Part shown: one piece after another, positions 48,757 through 57,384 of the stretch
Layout: each line of letters opens with the position of its first letter
Numbering within the stretch: the stretch's first letter is position 1
DNA from: Thermoplasmata archaeon
Lineage (GTDB): Archaea > Thermoplasmatota > Thermoplasmata > Lutacidiplasmatales > UBA184
DNA: 64,000 nucleotides
NCBI GenBank assembly: GCA_027365105.1
Contig: DAHXNZ010000002.1
Span: forward strand, 3,672 to 67,671
Direction of reading: 5' to 3'
Position numbers and translations under genes: made by a program
Notes under the pieces: model-generated
What the model was told of the DNA's origin: nothing
Seen by the model: only the letters and a program-made list of their open reading frames with translations
Databases searched by the model: none

Positions 48757-51700
48757 TCAGCCGTAGAGGGTCACCTCGAACCAGACCGGCGCGCCCGCGG
48801 AAGTCGGCGCGCCGAGAAACTCCCAGGTATCGCCCTGGCCGGGCGACGTCCCGGACTCCGTCGTCACGTTTTGCACCAGCCCTCCCGGTCCCGCTGACCC
48901 TCCGATCAGCATCATCATCCCCATCGGGCCGGCGCTTTGGTCGAAGACGAGCCCCATACCCCACCGAGGCCCGATCGGCCATGGCCCGGACAGCTGCGTC
49001 CACCTCCCGGACGCGTAGGTCCACCCGTCCCCCGAAACCGGCTTCCCGCCGGTCGTCAGCCCCCCGACCAGCAGCAGGTAGCCCTCGATCGGGTCGTAGG
49101 CCATCGCGCCATCATACCGAGGGGCCCCCGGAGGGGTGATGGCCAACTGCCGCCAACCCGCCGACAGCGTGAACGTCCACGTGTCCGACAGAATGGCCCC
49201 ACCGGTCGTCACGCCCCCCTCCATCACGACATACCGATCCGTCGGAAGCGCGTCATACCCTATCGCCGCCCCCCACCGCGGCGGCGGCAATGTCCCTTGA
49301 ATCGCGGTCCACTTCCCGCCCACATACTCCCAACTGTCCCCACACACTCCCGAACAGCCGATCCCCCCGAAAAGCACCACGATGTTATCCGCCCCATCCC
49401 ACGTCATCGCCGCATCCCCTCGAGCCGCGAATGGGGGGGTCGGCAAGAGGGTCCAGTTCCCGTTCCCGAACTTCCACGCGTCCCCGAGAACGCTCGCCGT
49501 CGAGCACACCAACGAGGTCGCCCGACACCCGCCCACCAGCAGGAAGTAGTTGTCCGCCTCGTCAAACGTCAACGACGCGTCCCACCGAGCCGACGGGCCA
49601 CAGTTGCTGCAGACCACCTTCCAGCCCCCGTTCACATACTCCCACGTATCCGAATGGCTCATCAACGGTCCGCAGGCTCCGATCCCGGTGTCCTGGCACC
49701 CCCCGACCACCAGGACATAGTTCCCGGTCGGACTGTAGGCCAGGCTCATGCCGTATCGCGGTAGCGGGATCGTCGGCCGGGGAATCGCATTCGATACGGT
49801 CGCCGACCTCCAGTTATTCCCCTGGAACACCCACCCGAGACCTCCCAGAGGCTCGCCGGACGCCCCGATCCCGCCCACCAGCAGGACATAGCCCCCACGG
49901 GTGTCGTTCGCTACGGCGGAATCGTAGCTCCCCGGGGGGGAGTTCGCGGTCAAGAGCCGGGCCCACGACCCCCCCACATAGGTCCAGGTGTCGTCGAGCG
50001 GACAGGTGGCACCGCACCCCCCGAACAGGACCACAAAACGGTCCGCCGAGTCATAGGTCATCGCTGCCCCCCAGCGCGCGGACGGCGCGTTCGACCCCGT
50101 GCAGGCGGTGGCGGTACACTGATTCCAGGTCGACGAATTGTTATCGTAGGTCCAAGTGTCCGCCAGCGGTCCGGTCGCCCCCCGCCCGCCGAAGAGTAGG
50201 ATCTCGCTGTCCCGCGCGTCGTACGTCATCGATGCAGCGTAGCGGGCGGGTGGGGATGTGGCGGGCGTAATGGCGGTCCATTTCCAGCTACTCGAATAGG
50301 AAGAATAATTCAGGAGGTAAGTGTCGGACAGCGGACAGGTGCTCCCGCACCCACCAAAGAGCACCGCCACATTGGCACTGCTATTGTAGGCGAATGCCGC
50401 CGATTGCCGAGGGCTCGGGATCGCTCCGGTCTCGTTTGCCTTGGTCCACACACCTCCGCTGAACGTCCAGAGGTCGTTCAAGAGCGTGCCATTCGTGGCC
50501 AGGCCGCCAAAGAGGAGCACGACTTGGGAGCTGGTGGCGGTGGTGGTGCCGGTGGTGGTGGAATTGAAGAAGATCATGCTGGCGTTCATCCGACCCGGGG
50601 GCGAGTTCGATGGGTTCACCTTCGGCCCGAACGATCCCCAAGGCATCCACAGATTCGCCGTGTAGTTCCAGGTCGTCACGTTGCCGCAGTGCGGTCCGCA
50701 CCCACCGAACAGGACGTCATACCTATCCGCCCGGTCGTAGACCATCGAGCCACCGTATTCCGCGGCCGGTGTCGGGGGCGGCCAGAGCAGCCCGCTGTGG
50801 GGCGAAGGGCTGTTCCCGGCCCACCACGTGTCGCCCAACGACGACCCGGAGGCACTCGACCCACCGAACAGGATCCCTCCGTCATTCCAGTTCCCGAGCA
50901 GCATCGGGTCGTACCGGGGCGCGGGAGGACCCAACGGGTAGGGGCCGAACCAGCCCGGGAGCGACCCGTTGGCCGGCTTGCCCGAGAGGTAGCCCGGGAC
51001 CGAGGGCCATTGCCTCCACGTCGCCGGGCTCGCCATCGAGTCGAAGGTCCACCAACCGCCTCCCTTCTCCGTCGCGTTGCCGAAAACCAGACCGTTCCGT
51101 CCAACCCCACCGTAGATGAGAAGCCACCGCGGCAGACCCGGACCCTGATAGGAGGTCCCCCCCATGTAGTATCGGGCGGCCGGGCAGATCCGCGTGGCCG
51201 AGCAGGAGGAGGCCGCAATGGCCTGGTGCCAACCGCCTCCGTAGAAGAGCCATGTGTCGTTCACCGAACCGGTGCCGTCGGCGCAGCCGCTCACGGACGA
51301 GGTGCACCCGCCAAACAGGGTGACTACCTGGCTCGCCGTCGAGCTGTTCCCTTCCGCAAACGCCATCGCCATCCCATACCGCGCCGAGGGGTGCGTGGCG
51401 AGGTTCAGGTTCGTCCACTGACCCCCAGAAAACTCCCACGTGTCGCCCAACGGTCCCGTCGTTCCATACCCCCCGAACAGGATCACGCCACTCCCGGCGC
51501 ATCCGCCCCCTGTCCCGATGGGGTTGCTGCAATTGGACGCCAGCCCCTCGGCGAACCGAGCGGGGGGAGAGACCTTCGGACTCAGCTTCGTCCACGACCC
51601 GACCCCTCCGGACGGATCTGAGAACGACCACGTCCCCGACCGAATACTGCCCGAACTCGTGTCGCATCCCGGAGTGCTTTGGGTCCACCCCGGCGAGGCG

Positions 51701-52416
51701 ACCGCACACCCCCCGAATAGGACCACATAGGAGTCCGCGGAGTCCCAGGTCGCTGTCGCATCGTGCCGGGCTCCCGGACAGCTCGTCAGCGTGCAGTGGA
51801 GGTAGGGGGTGACGTTCCACCACGTCAGGTTCACTGTGTTGAACTCCCAAGTGTCGTTGAACACCTCCCCGGAGGAGTTGGCCCCTCCGAACAGCAAGAC
51901 ATCCCACTCCGACGTGCCGTTCAAAAACAGGGCGAATGAGGCGCCATACCGAGCGGAGGGTGTCACCCGATGCGGGAAACTCGGGGCGGGAGGGCTGGAG
52001 GACGCCGACACCCCTCCGCTCGTCGTCGAGCAGGTCGCGCCGCCTCCCGTCGGGCTACACACCATCGGCGTCCCGTCGGACGGCCCCCCGCCGGCCGCGA
52101 GGGACTCCTCGGCCTCCTGGAGAAGGGAAACGGTAGATCGGGTCCCGGTGCCGACCGCTGAAGGGATCGCCGACAGCGATCTGGGAACCAACGGCGCGAA
52201 CGCTGTGGTCAACCCGAGCCCGGAGATCACGACCAAGACCGCGACACCACTGGCCCAGAACTCCGGAAGACGAGGCCCCGACCATGATCCAGCTACGCGA
52301 AACCCCTCGGCCCTGCTCCCGACACCCCCCCCCCACTTCAGCTTCGACTGCCCCATGCTCCTACCCCTCCGACAGGTCGGGAGCACCGACATGGAAACCG
52401 GGAACCATGTGAGCAC
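48757..52416 (-). CDS. giant (1219 aa) multi-propeller Kelch-repeat protein, N-terminal signal anchor, Cys/Gly-rich
   Basis: >20 units of the form (A/S)MTYDxxDxxxxLFGG(C)G....DTWxYxxGxWxxL along the whole length (e.g. AMTYDSADRFVVLFGGCGATCPLDDTWTY, AMAYDPIEGYLLLVGG). N-terminal hydrophobic segment GVAVLVVISGLGLTTAFAPLV. GTG at 52416 or a downstream ATG as start. Confidence 0.7.
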   Translation of the reverse strand: MLTWFPVSMSVLPTCRRGRSMGQSKLKWGGGVGSRAEGFRVAGSWSGPRLPEFWASGVAVLVVISGLGLTTAFAPLVPRSLSAIPSAVGTGTRSTVSLLQEAEESLAAGGGPSDGTPMVCSPTGGGATCSTTSGGVSASSSPPAPSFPHRVTPSARYGASFALFLNGTSEWDVLLFGGANSSGEVFNDTWEFNTVNLTWWNVTPYLHCTLTSCPGARHDATATWDSADSYVVLFGGCAVASPGWTQSTPGCDTSSGSIRSGTWSFSDPSGGVGSWTKLSPKVSPPARFAEGLASNCSNPIGTGGGCAGSGVILFGGYGTTGPLGDTWEFSGGQWTNLNLATHPSARYGMAMAFAEGNSSTASQVVTLFGGCTSSVSGCADGTGSVNDTWLFYGGGWHQAIAASSCSATRICPAARYYMGGTSYQGPGLPRWLLIYGGVGRNGLVFGNATEKGGGWWTFDSMASPATWRQWPSVPGYLSGKPANGSLPGWFGPYPLGPPAPRYDPMLLGNWNDGGILFGGSSASGSSLGDTWWAGNSPSPHSGLLWPPPTPAAEYGGSMVYDRADRYDVLFGGCGPHCGNVTTWNYTANLWMPWGSFGPKVNPSNSPPGRMNASMIFFNSTTTGTTTATSSQVVLLFGGLATNGTLLNDLWTFSGGVWTKANETGAIPSPRQSAAFAYNSSANVAVLFGGCGSTCPLSDTYLLNYSSYSSSWKWTAITPATSPPARYAASMTYDARDSEILLFGGRGATGPLADTWTYDNNSSTWNQCTATACTGSNAPSARWGAAMTYDSADRFVVLFGGCGATCPLDDTWTYVGGSWARLLTANSPPGSYDSAVANDTRGGYVLLVGGIGASGEPLGGLGWVFQGNNWRSATVSNAIPRPTIPLPRYGMSLAYSPTGNYVLVVGGCQDTGIGACGPLMSHSDTWEYVNGGWKVVCSNCGPSARWDASLTFDEADNYFLLVGGCRATSLVCSTASVLGDAWKFGNGNWTLLPTPPFAARGDAAMTWDGADNIVVLFGGIGCSGVCGDSWEYVGGKWTAIQGTLPPPRWGAAIGYDALPTDRYVVMEGGVTTGGAILSDTWTFTLSAGWRQLAITPPGAPRYDGAMAYDPIEGYLLLVGGLTTGGKPVSGDGWTYASGRWTQLSGPWPIGPRWGMGLVFDQSAGPMGMMMLIGGSAGPGGLVQNVTTESGTSPGQGDTWEFLGAPTSAGAPVWFEVTLYG

Positions 52417-52998
52417 CCCGGACCTACCACGGGGTGCTAAGTCTCGACACGATATTTAGGGCTTGCTCTTCCACCCTGTCGAGTCGCCGCCCGAGCCCGT
52501 CGAGATATCCCACCTATAATCCGGGTTTCGGGCTCAGGGACGGACCCGCTCACTCGCTCCTTGGCGAGGGATCGCCTGCCAACTGGATCGCCTCATGGAC
52601 CAGCGTCGTTGCAGACCTGGAGGGGATCCCCTTCCCGCGGGGCGGCCAAGCGACCGATACGAGGCGCCCGGCTACTTCGAGGGTTGGCGCACCGACTGAA
52701 GAAAAGAGAAGGCCGTCATCAAGTTCGTTCACCACCTCCAACGGCCCCGTCCGTGAAGGCGAGGACGGAAGCACATAGCGGAGGGTTCCACGGAGGGGCG
52801 ATCCTTCGAAGTCCGCGGATAGACCGGACGCGAACTCCCCACCGGGGGAGGGCGACCGGGAGCCCGAGGGCCGGGGAGACGGGATTCTCCGGCCGCTCGT
52901 TGCGGTCGTCGAGGGCCCGCGGCCCCATCCATGGTCCAGGCGATGCGTCGACCCGGCGGAGCTTCCCTGCCGCGTGAGGCGCCGGACCCCCGCGGGCC

Positions 52999-53640
52999 CT
53001 AAGCGGCCGGTGAAAGCCCGCGGGCCACGGCGGGTTTGCGAAGGCATTCCGTATGGATCCAGCGGCCATGGGCGAGGCCGGGGAGCGGCTCCCACGGCGC
53101 CCGCGCCCGAAGCCGCTGCCATCGCTCCCGGGTCATCCGGAGCGCACGCGCCCGCTCGGAGATCGGCAGGTCGAGGCAGTGGAAATTGACCAGGGCCCGG
53201 CCCCCGGGCTTGAGGATCCGGTACAGCTCGTCGACCGCCTTCTCCTTCTGGACCATGCAGCAGAGAAGCCCGAACGAGAGGGCCAGATCGACCGACCGGG
53301 AGGGGATCTCGGGGAGATCGGCGGCCGAGCGGGCGATCCATCGGACCCGTTCAGCAAACCGCGCCGTTCCGCCCATCCTGAGCCGGGCCACCATCAGGTT
53401 CCGGGGGTCGATGTCGACCATCCAGACGGTGCCCGAATCCCCCACCCGAGCCAGCACCCAAGGCAGGAGGAGGCCGGTACCGGCGCCGAGGTCGGCGACG
53501 GTCTCTCCCGGGTGGACTCCGCACCGCTCCAGCCAGCGGCGCATCGGGGAGAGCGTCCGCCGCATTGGGAGGTTCAGCAGCCAGCTCGGGCAGCGGCGAT
53601 CGGAGTCGCCGGGCCCGGGAGATGGCGGGACGGTGTTCAT
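52999..53640 (-). CDS. class I SAM-dependent methyltransferase
   Basis: Motif I ..VADLGAGTGLL.., post-I ..VWMVDIDP.., motif II/III ..VDLALSFGLL..ILKPGGRAL.. ATG at 53640 preceded by GAGGA. Confidence 0.7.
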   Translation of the reverse strand: MNTVPPSPGPGDSDRRCPSWLLNLPMRRTLSPMRRWLERCGVHPGETVADLGAGTGLLLPWVLARVGDSGTVWMVDIDPRNLMVARLRMGGTARFAERVRWIARSAADLPEIPSRSVDLALSFGLLCCMVQKEKAVDELYRILKPGGRALVNFHCLDLPISERARALRMTRERWQRLRARAPWEPLPGLAHGRWIHTECLRKPAVARGLSPAA

Positions 53641-53743
53641 ACATCCTCGATGGGGCCCAGATCGACCGGCCTGTTAGCCCTGACGCGCGGCGGGGAACCC
53701 CCGGGTCGCCCCGGGGGTCGGGGTCGGGCCCCTGATCGGAGAT

Positions 53744-54013
53744 CTACGGTCGGCGATAGAAGGGGTTGACTGCCCGGATGGTCCGGCGGGTCGGAACGCC
53801 GAGACCGGCGTAGAGGGCTTCCAGCTCCTTGGAGCCGGGCGCCTCCCACACGCACCGGGCCCGGGTCTCGCCCGGTAGTCCATAGATCGCGATGGGGGTG
53901 AACCCCGCCGGCACCTTGCCCGCGGAGGCCAGTTGGACCGCCTCCTGGACTTTGCTCACGACCGCATTCGTCTGGTTGGCGTCCCACGTGTGCTCGATCT
54001 CGAAGGTCGGCAT
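53744..54013 (-). CDS. small conserved-looking hypothetical protein (~89 aa)
   Basis: MPTFEIEHTWDANQTNAVVSKVQEAVQLASAGKVPAGFTPIAIYGLPGETRARCVWEAPGSKELEALYAGLGVPTRRTIRAVNPFY; ATG at 54013 (track ORF starts at upstream GTG 54022). Confidence 0.4.
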   Translation of the reverse strand: MPTFEIEHTWDANQTNAVVSKVQEAVQLASAGKVPAGFTPIAIYGLPGETRARCVWEAPGSKELEALYAGLGVPTRRTIRAVNPFYRRP

Positions 54014-54051
54014 GGTTCTCACGGGGGGTCCATCTCCGCGGGTAGCTTCAT

Positions 54052-54072
54052 CTAACGGGTTACCTATGTAAC
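54052..54072 (+). promoter_or_regulatory. cluster of GTTAC/GTAAC half-sites (TAACgggTTACctatGTAAC) in divergent promoter region upstream of the HTH_10 regulator gene
   Basis: Two overlapping short palindromes sharing the central GTTAC; located ~30 nt upstream of the ATG at 54103. Confidence 0.3.
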
Positions 54073-54102
54073 GCGGGGTCGGGGGAGGGAGAATTTCCGG
54101 CG

Positions 54103-54801
54103 ATGCGGACGGCCAAGTTCACGGTCCGGCACGACTGCCCGTACTCGAACCCGATCCGGGCCGTCGAAGGGCTCCGGGTCACCCACCTCTGCCACCGGGG
54201 GCGGAACGCCTACCTGGAGATTCATTCCGATACCCGGGAGGGGCTCGACCGGTTGGTGGCGGAGTACCAGGAGCAGGGGGGTGAATCGGTCCACCATGAT
54301 CCCGACGATCGAGCCGCCCTGGTCCGGTTCTCCGACTGCGCCTGCTGCCGGCGGGGGCAGGTGATCCCCCGGGTGGAGCGCGGCGAGGCCCTCTACCTTC
54401 CCCCGTCGAGCTACACCTCCGAGGGGGAGACCTACCACTTCCTGCTGAACGAGGGTCCCCCGGTCCAGCGGGCCCTGGAGGAACTCCGTCAGCAGGTCGA
54501 CTCGGTCGACATCTCGCTCCACTCGCTCGAGAGCCTGGGCTTCGAAGGGGCGACGATCGTCTCGGTGGGCCGCCTGTTCGGCCGGCTGACCGACCGGCAG
54601 CGGGCGGCGCTCGGCCTCGCCACCACCGCCGGCTACTACCGGGTGCCCCGGCACGTCCGGACCGAGGATCTGGCGCGTCGGATGGGGATCTCCCGGCCCG
54701 GGTTTGAGAAACTCCTTCGGCGGGCCGAGAATCTGGTCCTGCTGGCGTCCCTGCCGTACATCTCGGTGCCCGAGATGCCGCCGCCCGGCGATCAGCCGTA
54801 A
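54103..54801 (+). CDS. HTH_10 (bacterio-opsin-activator-type) transcriptional regulator with Cys-containing N-terminal domain
   Basis: C-terminus ..LTDRQRAALGLATTAGYYRVPRHVRTEDLARRMGISRPGFEKLLRRAENLVL.. is the HTH_10/Bat signature (LT.RQ.E.L..A...GY...PR....E.A..LGIS.P....HLR.AE.K). N-terminal ~150 aa with HDCPYS..LCH..CACC of unknown function. Confidence 0.65.
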   Translation: MRTAKFTVRHDCPYSNPIRAVEGLRVTHLCHRGRNAYLEIHSDTREGLDRLVAEYQEQGGESVHHDPDDRAALVRFSDCACCRRGQVIPRVERGEALYLPPSSYTSEGETYHFLLNEGPPVQRALEELRQQVDSVDISLHSLESLGFEGATIVSVGRLFGRLTDRQRAALGLATTAGYYRVPRHVRTEDLARRMGISRPGFEKLLRRAENLVLLASLPYISVPEMPPPGDQP

Positions 54802-55085
54802 CGGAAACTGACGCCGAAACCGGCCCGCGGAAACCGCCAGACGAGCGCGCCGTTCCCCAGCTGGTGGCAGGCGATCCGGCAGGCGCCGAGTTCCAGGCAG
54901 TTCTCGTGGTGGATGACGAGCCGCCCGTCCTGCCACTCGTAGACCTTCGCGGGACAGACTTCAAGGCAGGGCTTGAGGACGCACGTGACGCACTTCGCCG
55001 GATCATCCAGGGTGAGGTGGCTCTCCCGGTCGGAGGTGAAGGCATCGACCCCGAGCCGTTCGGAAATCGGGAGCTTGGCGGCCAC
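54792..55085 (-). CDS. fixX: ferredoxin-like protein FixX
   Basis: ..KLPISERLGVDAFTSDRESHLTLDDPAKCVTCVLKPCLEVCPAKVYEWQDGRLVIHHENCLELGACRIACHQLGNGALVWRFPRAGFGVSFRYG is collinear with FixX (..CPAQVYEW..HYENCLECGACRI..WRYPRGGFGV.YKFG). 3' end overlaps the HTH_10 gene by 10 nt (convergent). Confidence 0.75.
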   Translation of the reverse strand: MAAKLPISERLGVDAFTSDRESHLTLDDPAKCVTCVLKPCLEVCPAKVYEWQDGRLVIHHENCLELGACRIACHQLGNGALVWRFPRAGFGVSFRYG

Positions 55086-55206
55086 GGCCCCCCCACTCGG
55101 GCGGCGGTTAAGGGCCTTTGGGAGGGGGATCCGCCACCGCGTGGGACTCCCGGAGGGTCACCTCCTCGTAATGAGCCACCGCGTACCTCCTGCTCCAAGG
55201 AAACCA

Positions 55207-55935
55207 ATGACCAGCACCTGTCCGGACTGCGGTACCGCAGTCGAAGTCAGTGTTCGAAGCGCGCGCATGATGAGCGGCACCTGCCCCGACTGCGGCCGCC
55301 CCATGCTCGTGATCCAGGAGATCTCCCCCCTCGCCGGCGACGAGGCCGCCGCCGAGGGGACGACCGTCGTCGCGCCGGGCGTCTCCCCGCCGGCCCCCGA
55401 CGGGCCGACCTGCGGGAAATGCCATGCCCCCGTCGGGTTCCGCTCGACCGACGAAGAGGGCATCGAGGCAGTCTGCCGGAGTTGCGGAACGACCGTCGCC
55501 TACGTCCTCGCGGAGGCCGACCGCGAGGCTCCGTCGTACCCGCCCTCCGATCGGGGCCGCCGACCTCCCCCCCGCCCGAGGGACCGGGAGTTCGGGTCGG
55601 CCCCCCCGACGCGACCCTGCCGGGAGTGCGGGGGCGCCCTCCGATTTTCCACCAACCCGGACGGGACCGTCGCCGGGGAGTGCAGCTCCTGCGGCAACCG
55701 CTTCAGCCTTCCGCCGAGGTCCGAGGGCCGCGGCCGGGGCGGAGGCGGCGGCTGGAGCGGCGACCGGCGCGGCGGCGGAGGCTTCCGGCCGGGCGGTCGC
55801 CGGGAATGGACGCCGGGCGGCGGACGGGGTCGGGGCCCGCCGGACGGGGGCTTCCGGCGCCGGCCTTCGTTCCGGCGCGCCGACTCCGGGGACCGGGACG
55901 ACCGGCGGCGCCGTCGGCCCCGGGACGACGCGTAG
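55207..55935 (+). CDS. multi-zinc-ribbon protein (4x CxxC pairs) with C-terminal Arg/Gly-rich (RGG-like) disordered tail
   Basis: MTSTCPDCGTAVEV..GTCPDCGRPML..PTCGKCHAPVGF..VCRSCGTTVAYV..RPCRECGGALRF..ECSSCGNRF.. followed by ..GRGRGGGGGWSGDRRGGGGFRPGGRREWTPGGGRGRGPPDGGFRRRP..; ATG at 55207 (track ORF starts upstream at 54973 inside the fixX antisense region). Confidence 0.45.
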   Translation: MTSTCPDCGTAVEVSVRSARMMSGTCPDCGRPMLVIQEISPLAGDEAAAEGTTVVAPGVSPPAPDGPTCGKCHAPVGFRSTDEEGIEAVCRSCGTTVAYVLAEADREAPSYPPSDRGRRPPPRPRDREFGSAPPTRPCRECGGALRFSTNPDGTVAGECSSCGNRFSLPPRSEGRGRGGGGGWSGDRRGGGGFRPGGRREWTPGGGRGRGPPDGGFRRRPSFRRADSGDRDDRRRRRPRDDA

Positions 55936-56046
55936 ACCCCTCTACGGTGTCGGCTCGGCCCCCGATGGGTCCGATCCCGGGCCATGGCTCAGCATCGGAA
56001 CCGCCCCAGGCGGGAACGCTAAGACCTGAGGCGGAATCCACCCCCG

Positions 56047-57336
56047 ATGGAGCGGTTTGACGTCGTCGTGGTCGGGGGCGGCCTCGCCGGTCTTGCGGCG
56101 GCCCATTCGGCCGCCTCCGCGGGCCGCAGCGTCCTGCTGATCGAGCGCGGCAAGGCGCCGGGGACGAAGACCGTCTCGGGCGGACTTCTCTACGGCCACG
56201 GCCTCGCGCAGATCGTCCCCGAGTTCTGGGCGTCGGATCCCTCGCCGGTCGAACGACCGATCGTCCGCAACATCCTTTCCGTTCTCACCGGCGCGCGGGC
56301 GGTCAGCGTCGATCATTTCGACGCGGCCTTCGGCCGGCCCCCGTTCAACTCCTTCAGCGTCCTGCGGCACCGCCTCGACTCCTGGCTCGCCGAGCGGGCC
56401 GAAGCCGCGGGCGCGGTCCCGGTCTACGGGGTCCAGGTGGACGGGCTCCTGCGGGACGGCGAGCGCGTGATCGGGGTCCGGACCGGCGACGACGAGATCG
56501 GGGCCGAGGTGACGATCCTCGCCGACGGGGTGAACTCGCTGCTGGTCCGCGGTCCGGGCGCCCGACCCGAAGCCGACCCGTCGGTGGTCGGCGTCGGCGT
56601 GAAGCAGGTCCTGGAACTCCCCACCGGCACGCTGGAGGAGAGGTTCCAGCTCCGCCACGGGGACGGCGTCCAGATCACGACGATCGGCCACCCGTCGGGG
56701 ATCGAAGGGGGAGGATTCCTCTACACCAACCGAAGCAGCCTCTCCGTCGGCTTCATCGCGAACCTCCGCTCGCTGGTCGCCGCCCACCGTTCGGTCGACG
56801 AGCTGTTCGACGAGTTCCTCCAGCACCCCCTCGTCGCCCGATGGATCGAGGGGGGCCAGCTCGCCGAGTACAGCGGCTGCTTCGTGACCGAGGGCGGATA
56901 TCGGGCTCTGCCCGCCCTGGCCGGGGCGGGCTATCTCGTCGCCGGGTCGGCCGCCGGCCTCTTCCTCAACGCCGGCTTCACGCTCCGGGGCATGGATTTC
57001 GCCCTCGAGTCCGGGCGGATCGCCGGCGGGGTGGCCGCCGAGGCGGCCCTCGCGAAGGACCCGGCGCCCGCGCGGCTCGAGCGGTACGTGGCCGGCCTCG
57101 AGGCGTCGTTCGTCCTCCGCGAGCTCCGCACCCACCGGGGCTTCCCGAAGGTCTTCGCGAACCCCCGACTCTACGGGGCGTACCCCGAGGCGATCAACGC
57201 CCTCCTGCACGACCTCTACTTTGTCGACGGATCCGGGCGACCCCATCTCGACCGGCTCGCCCGCGGCGCGCTCCGGGGACGGGTGGCCTGGTGGAACGTC
57301 GCCCGGGACCTGCTCGGCGCGGGCCGTCGCCTCTGA
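56047..57336 (+). CDS. fixC: FAD-dependent oxidoreductase FixC (ETF-quinone oxidoreductase-like)
   Basis: MERFDVVVVGGGLAGLAAAHSAASAGRSVLLIERG (FAD GxGxxG) ..GVRTGDDEIGAEVTILADGVNSLL.. ..YLVAGSAAGLFLNAGFTLRGMDFALESGRIAG.. are typical of FixC. Confidence 0.8.
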   Translation: MERFDVVVVGGGLAGLAAAHSAASAGRSVLLIERGKAPGTKTVSGGLLYGHGLAQIVPEFWASDPSPVERPIVRNILSVLTGARAVSVDHFDAAFGRPPFNSFSVLRHRLDSWLAERAEAAGAVPVYGVQVDGLLRDGERVIGVRTGDDEIGAEVTILADGVNSLLVRGPGARPEADPSVVGVGVKQVLELPTGTLEERFQLRHGDGVQITTIGHPSGIEGGGFLYTNRSSLSVGFIANLRSLVAAHRSVDELFDEFLQHPLVARWIEGGQLAEYSGCFVTEGGYRALPALAGAGYLVAGSAAGLFLNAGFTLRGMDFALESGRIAGGVAAEAALAKDPAPARLERYVAGLEASFVLRELRTHRGFPKVFANPRLYGAYPEAINALLHDLYFVDGSGRPHLDRLARGALRGRVAWWNVARDLLGAGRRL

Positions 57337-57384
57337 TCCGGGGTCCGGCGCGAACGGTATAGCCCCTCCGTCCTTGCCGTCGGC

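Noticed and set aside
54973-55206. Upstream 78 codons of ORF 54973-55935
   Set aside because: Antisense to fixX; the zinc-ribbon protein more plausibly starts at ATG 55207 just after the fixX start.
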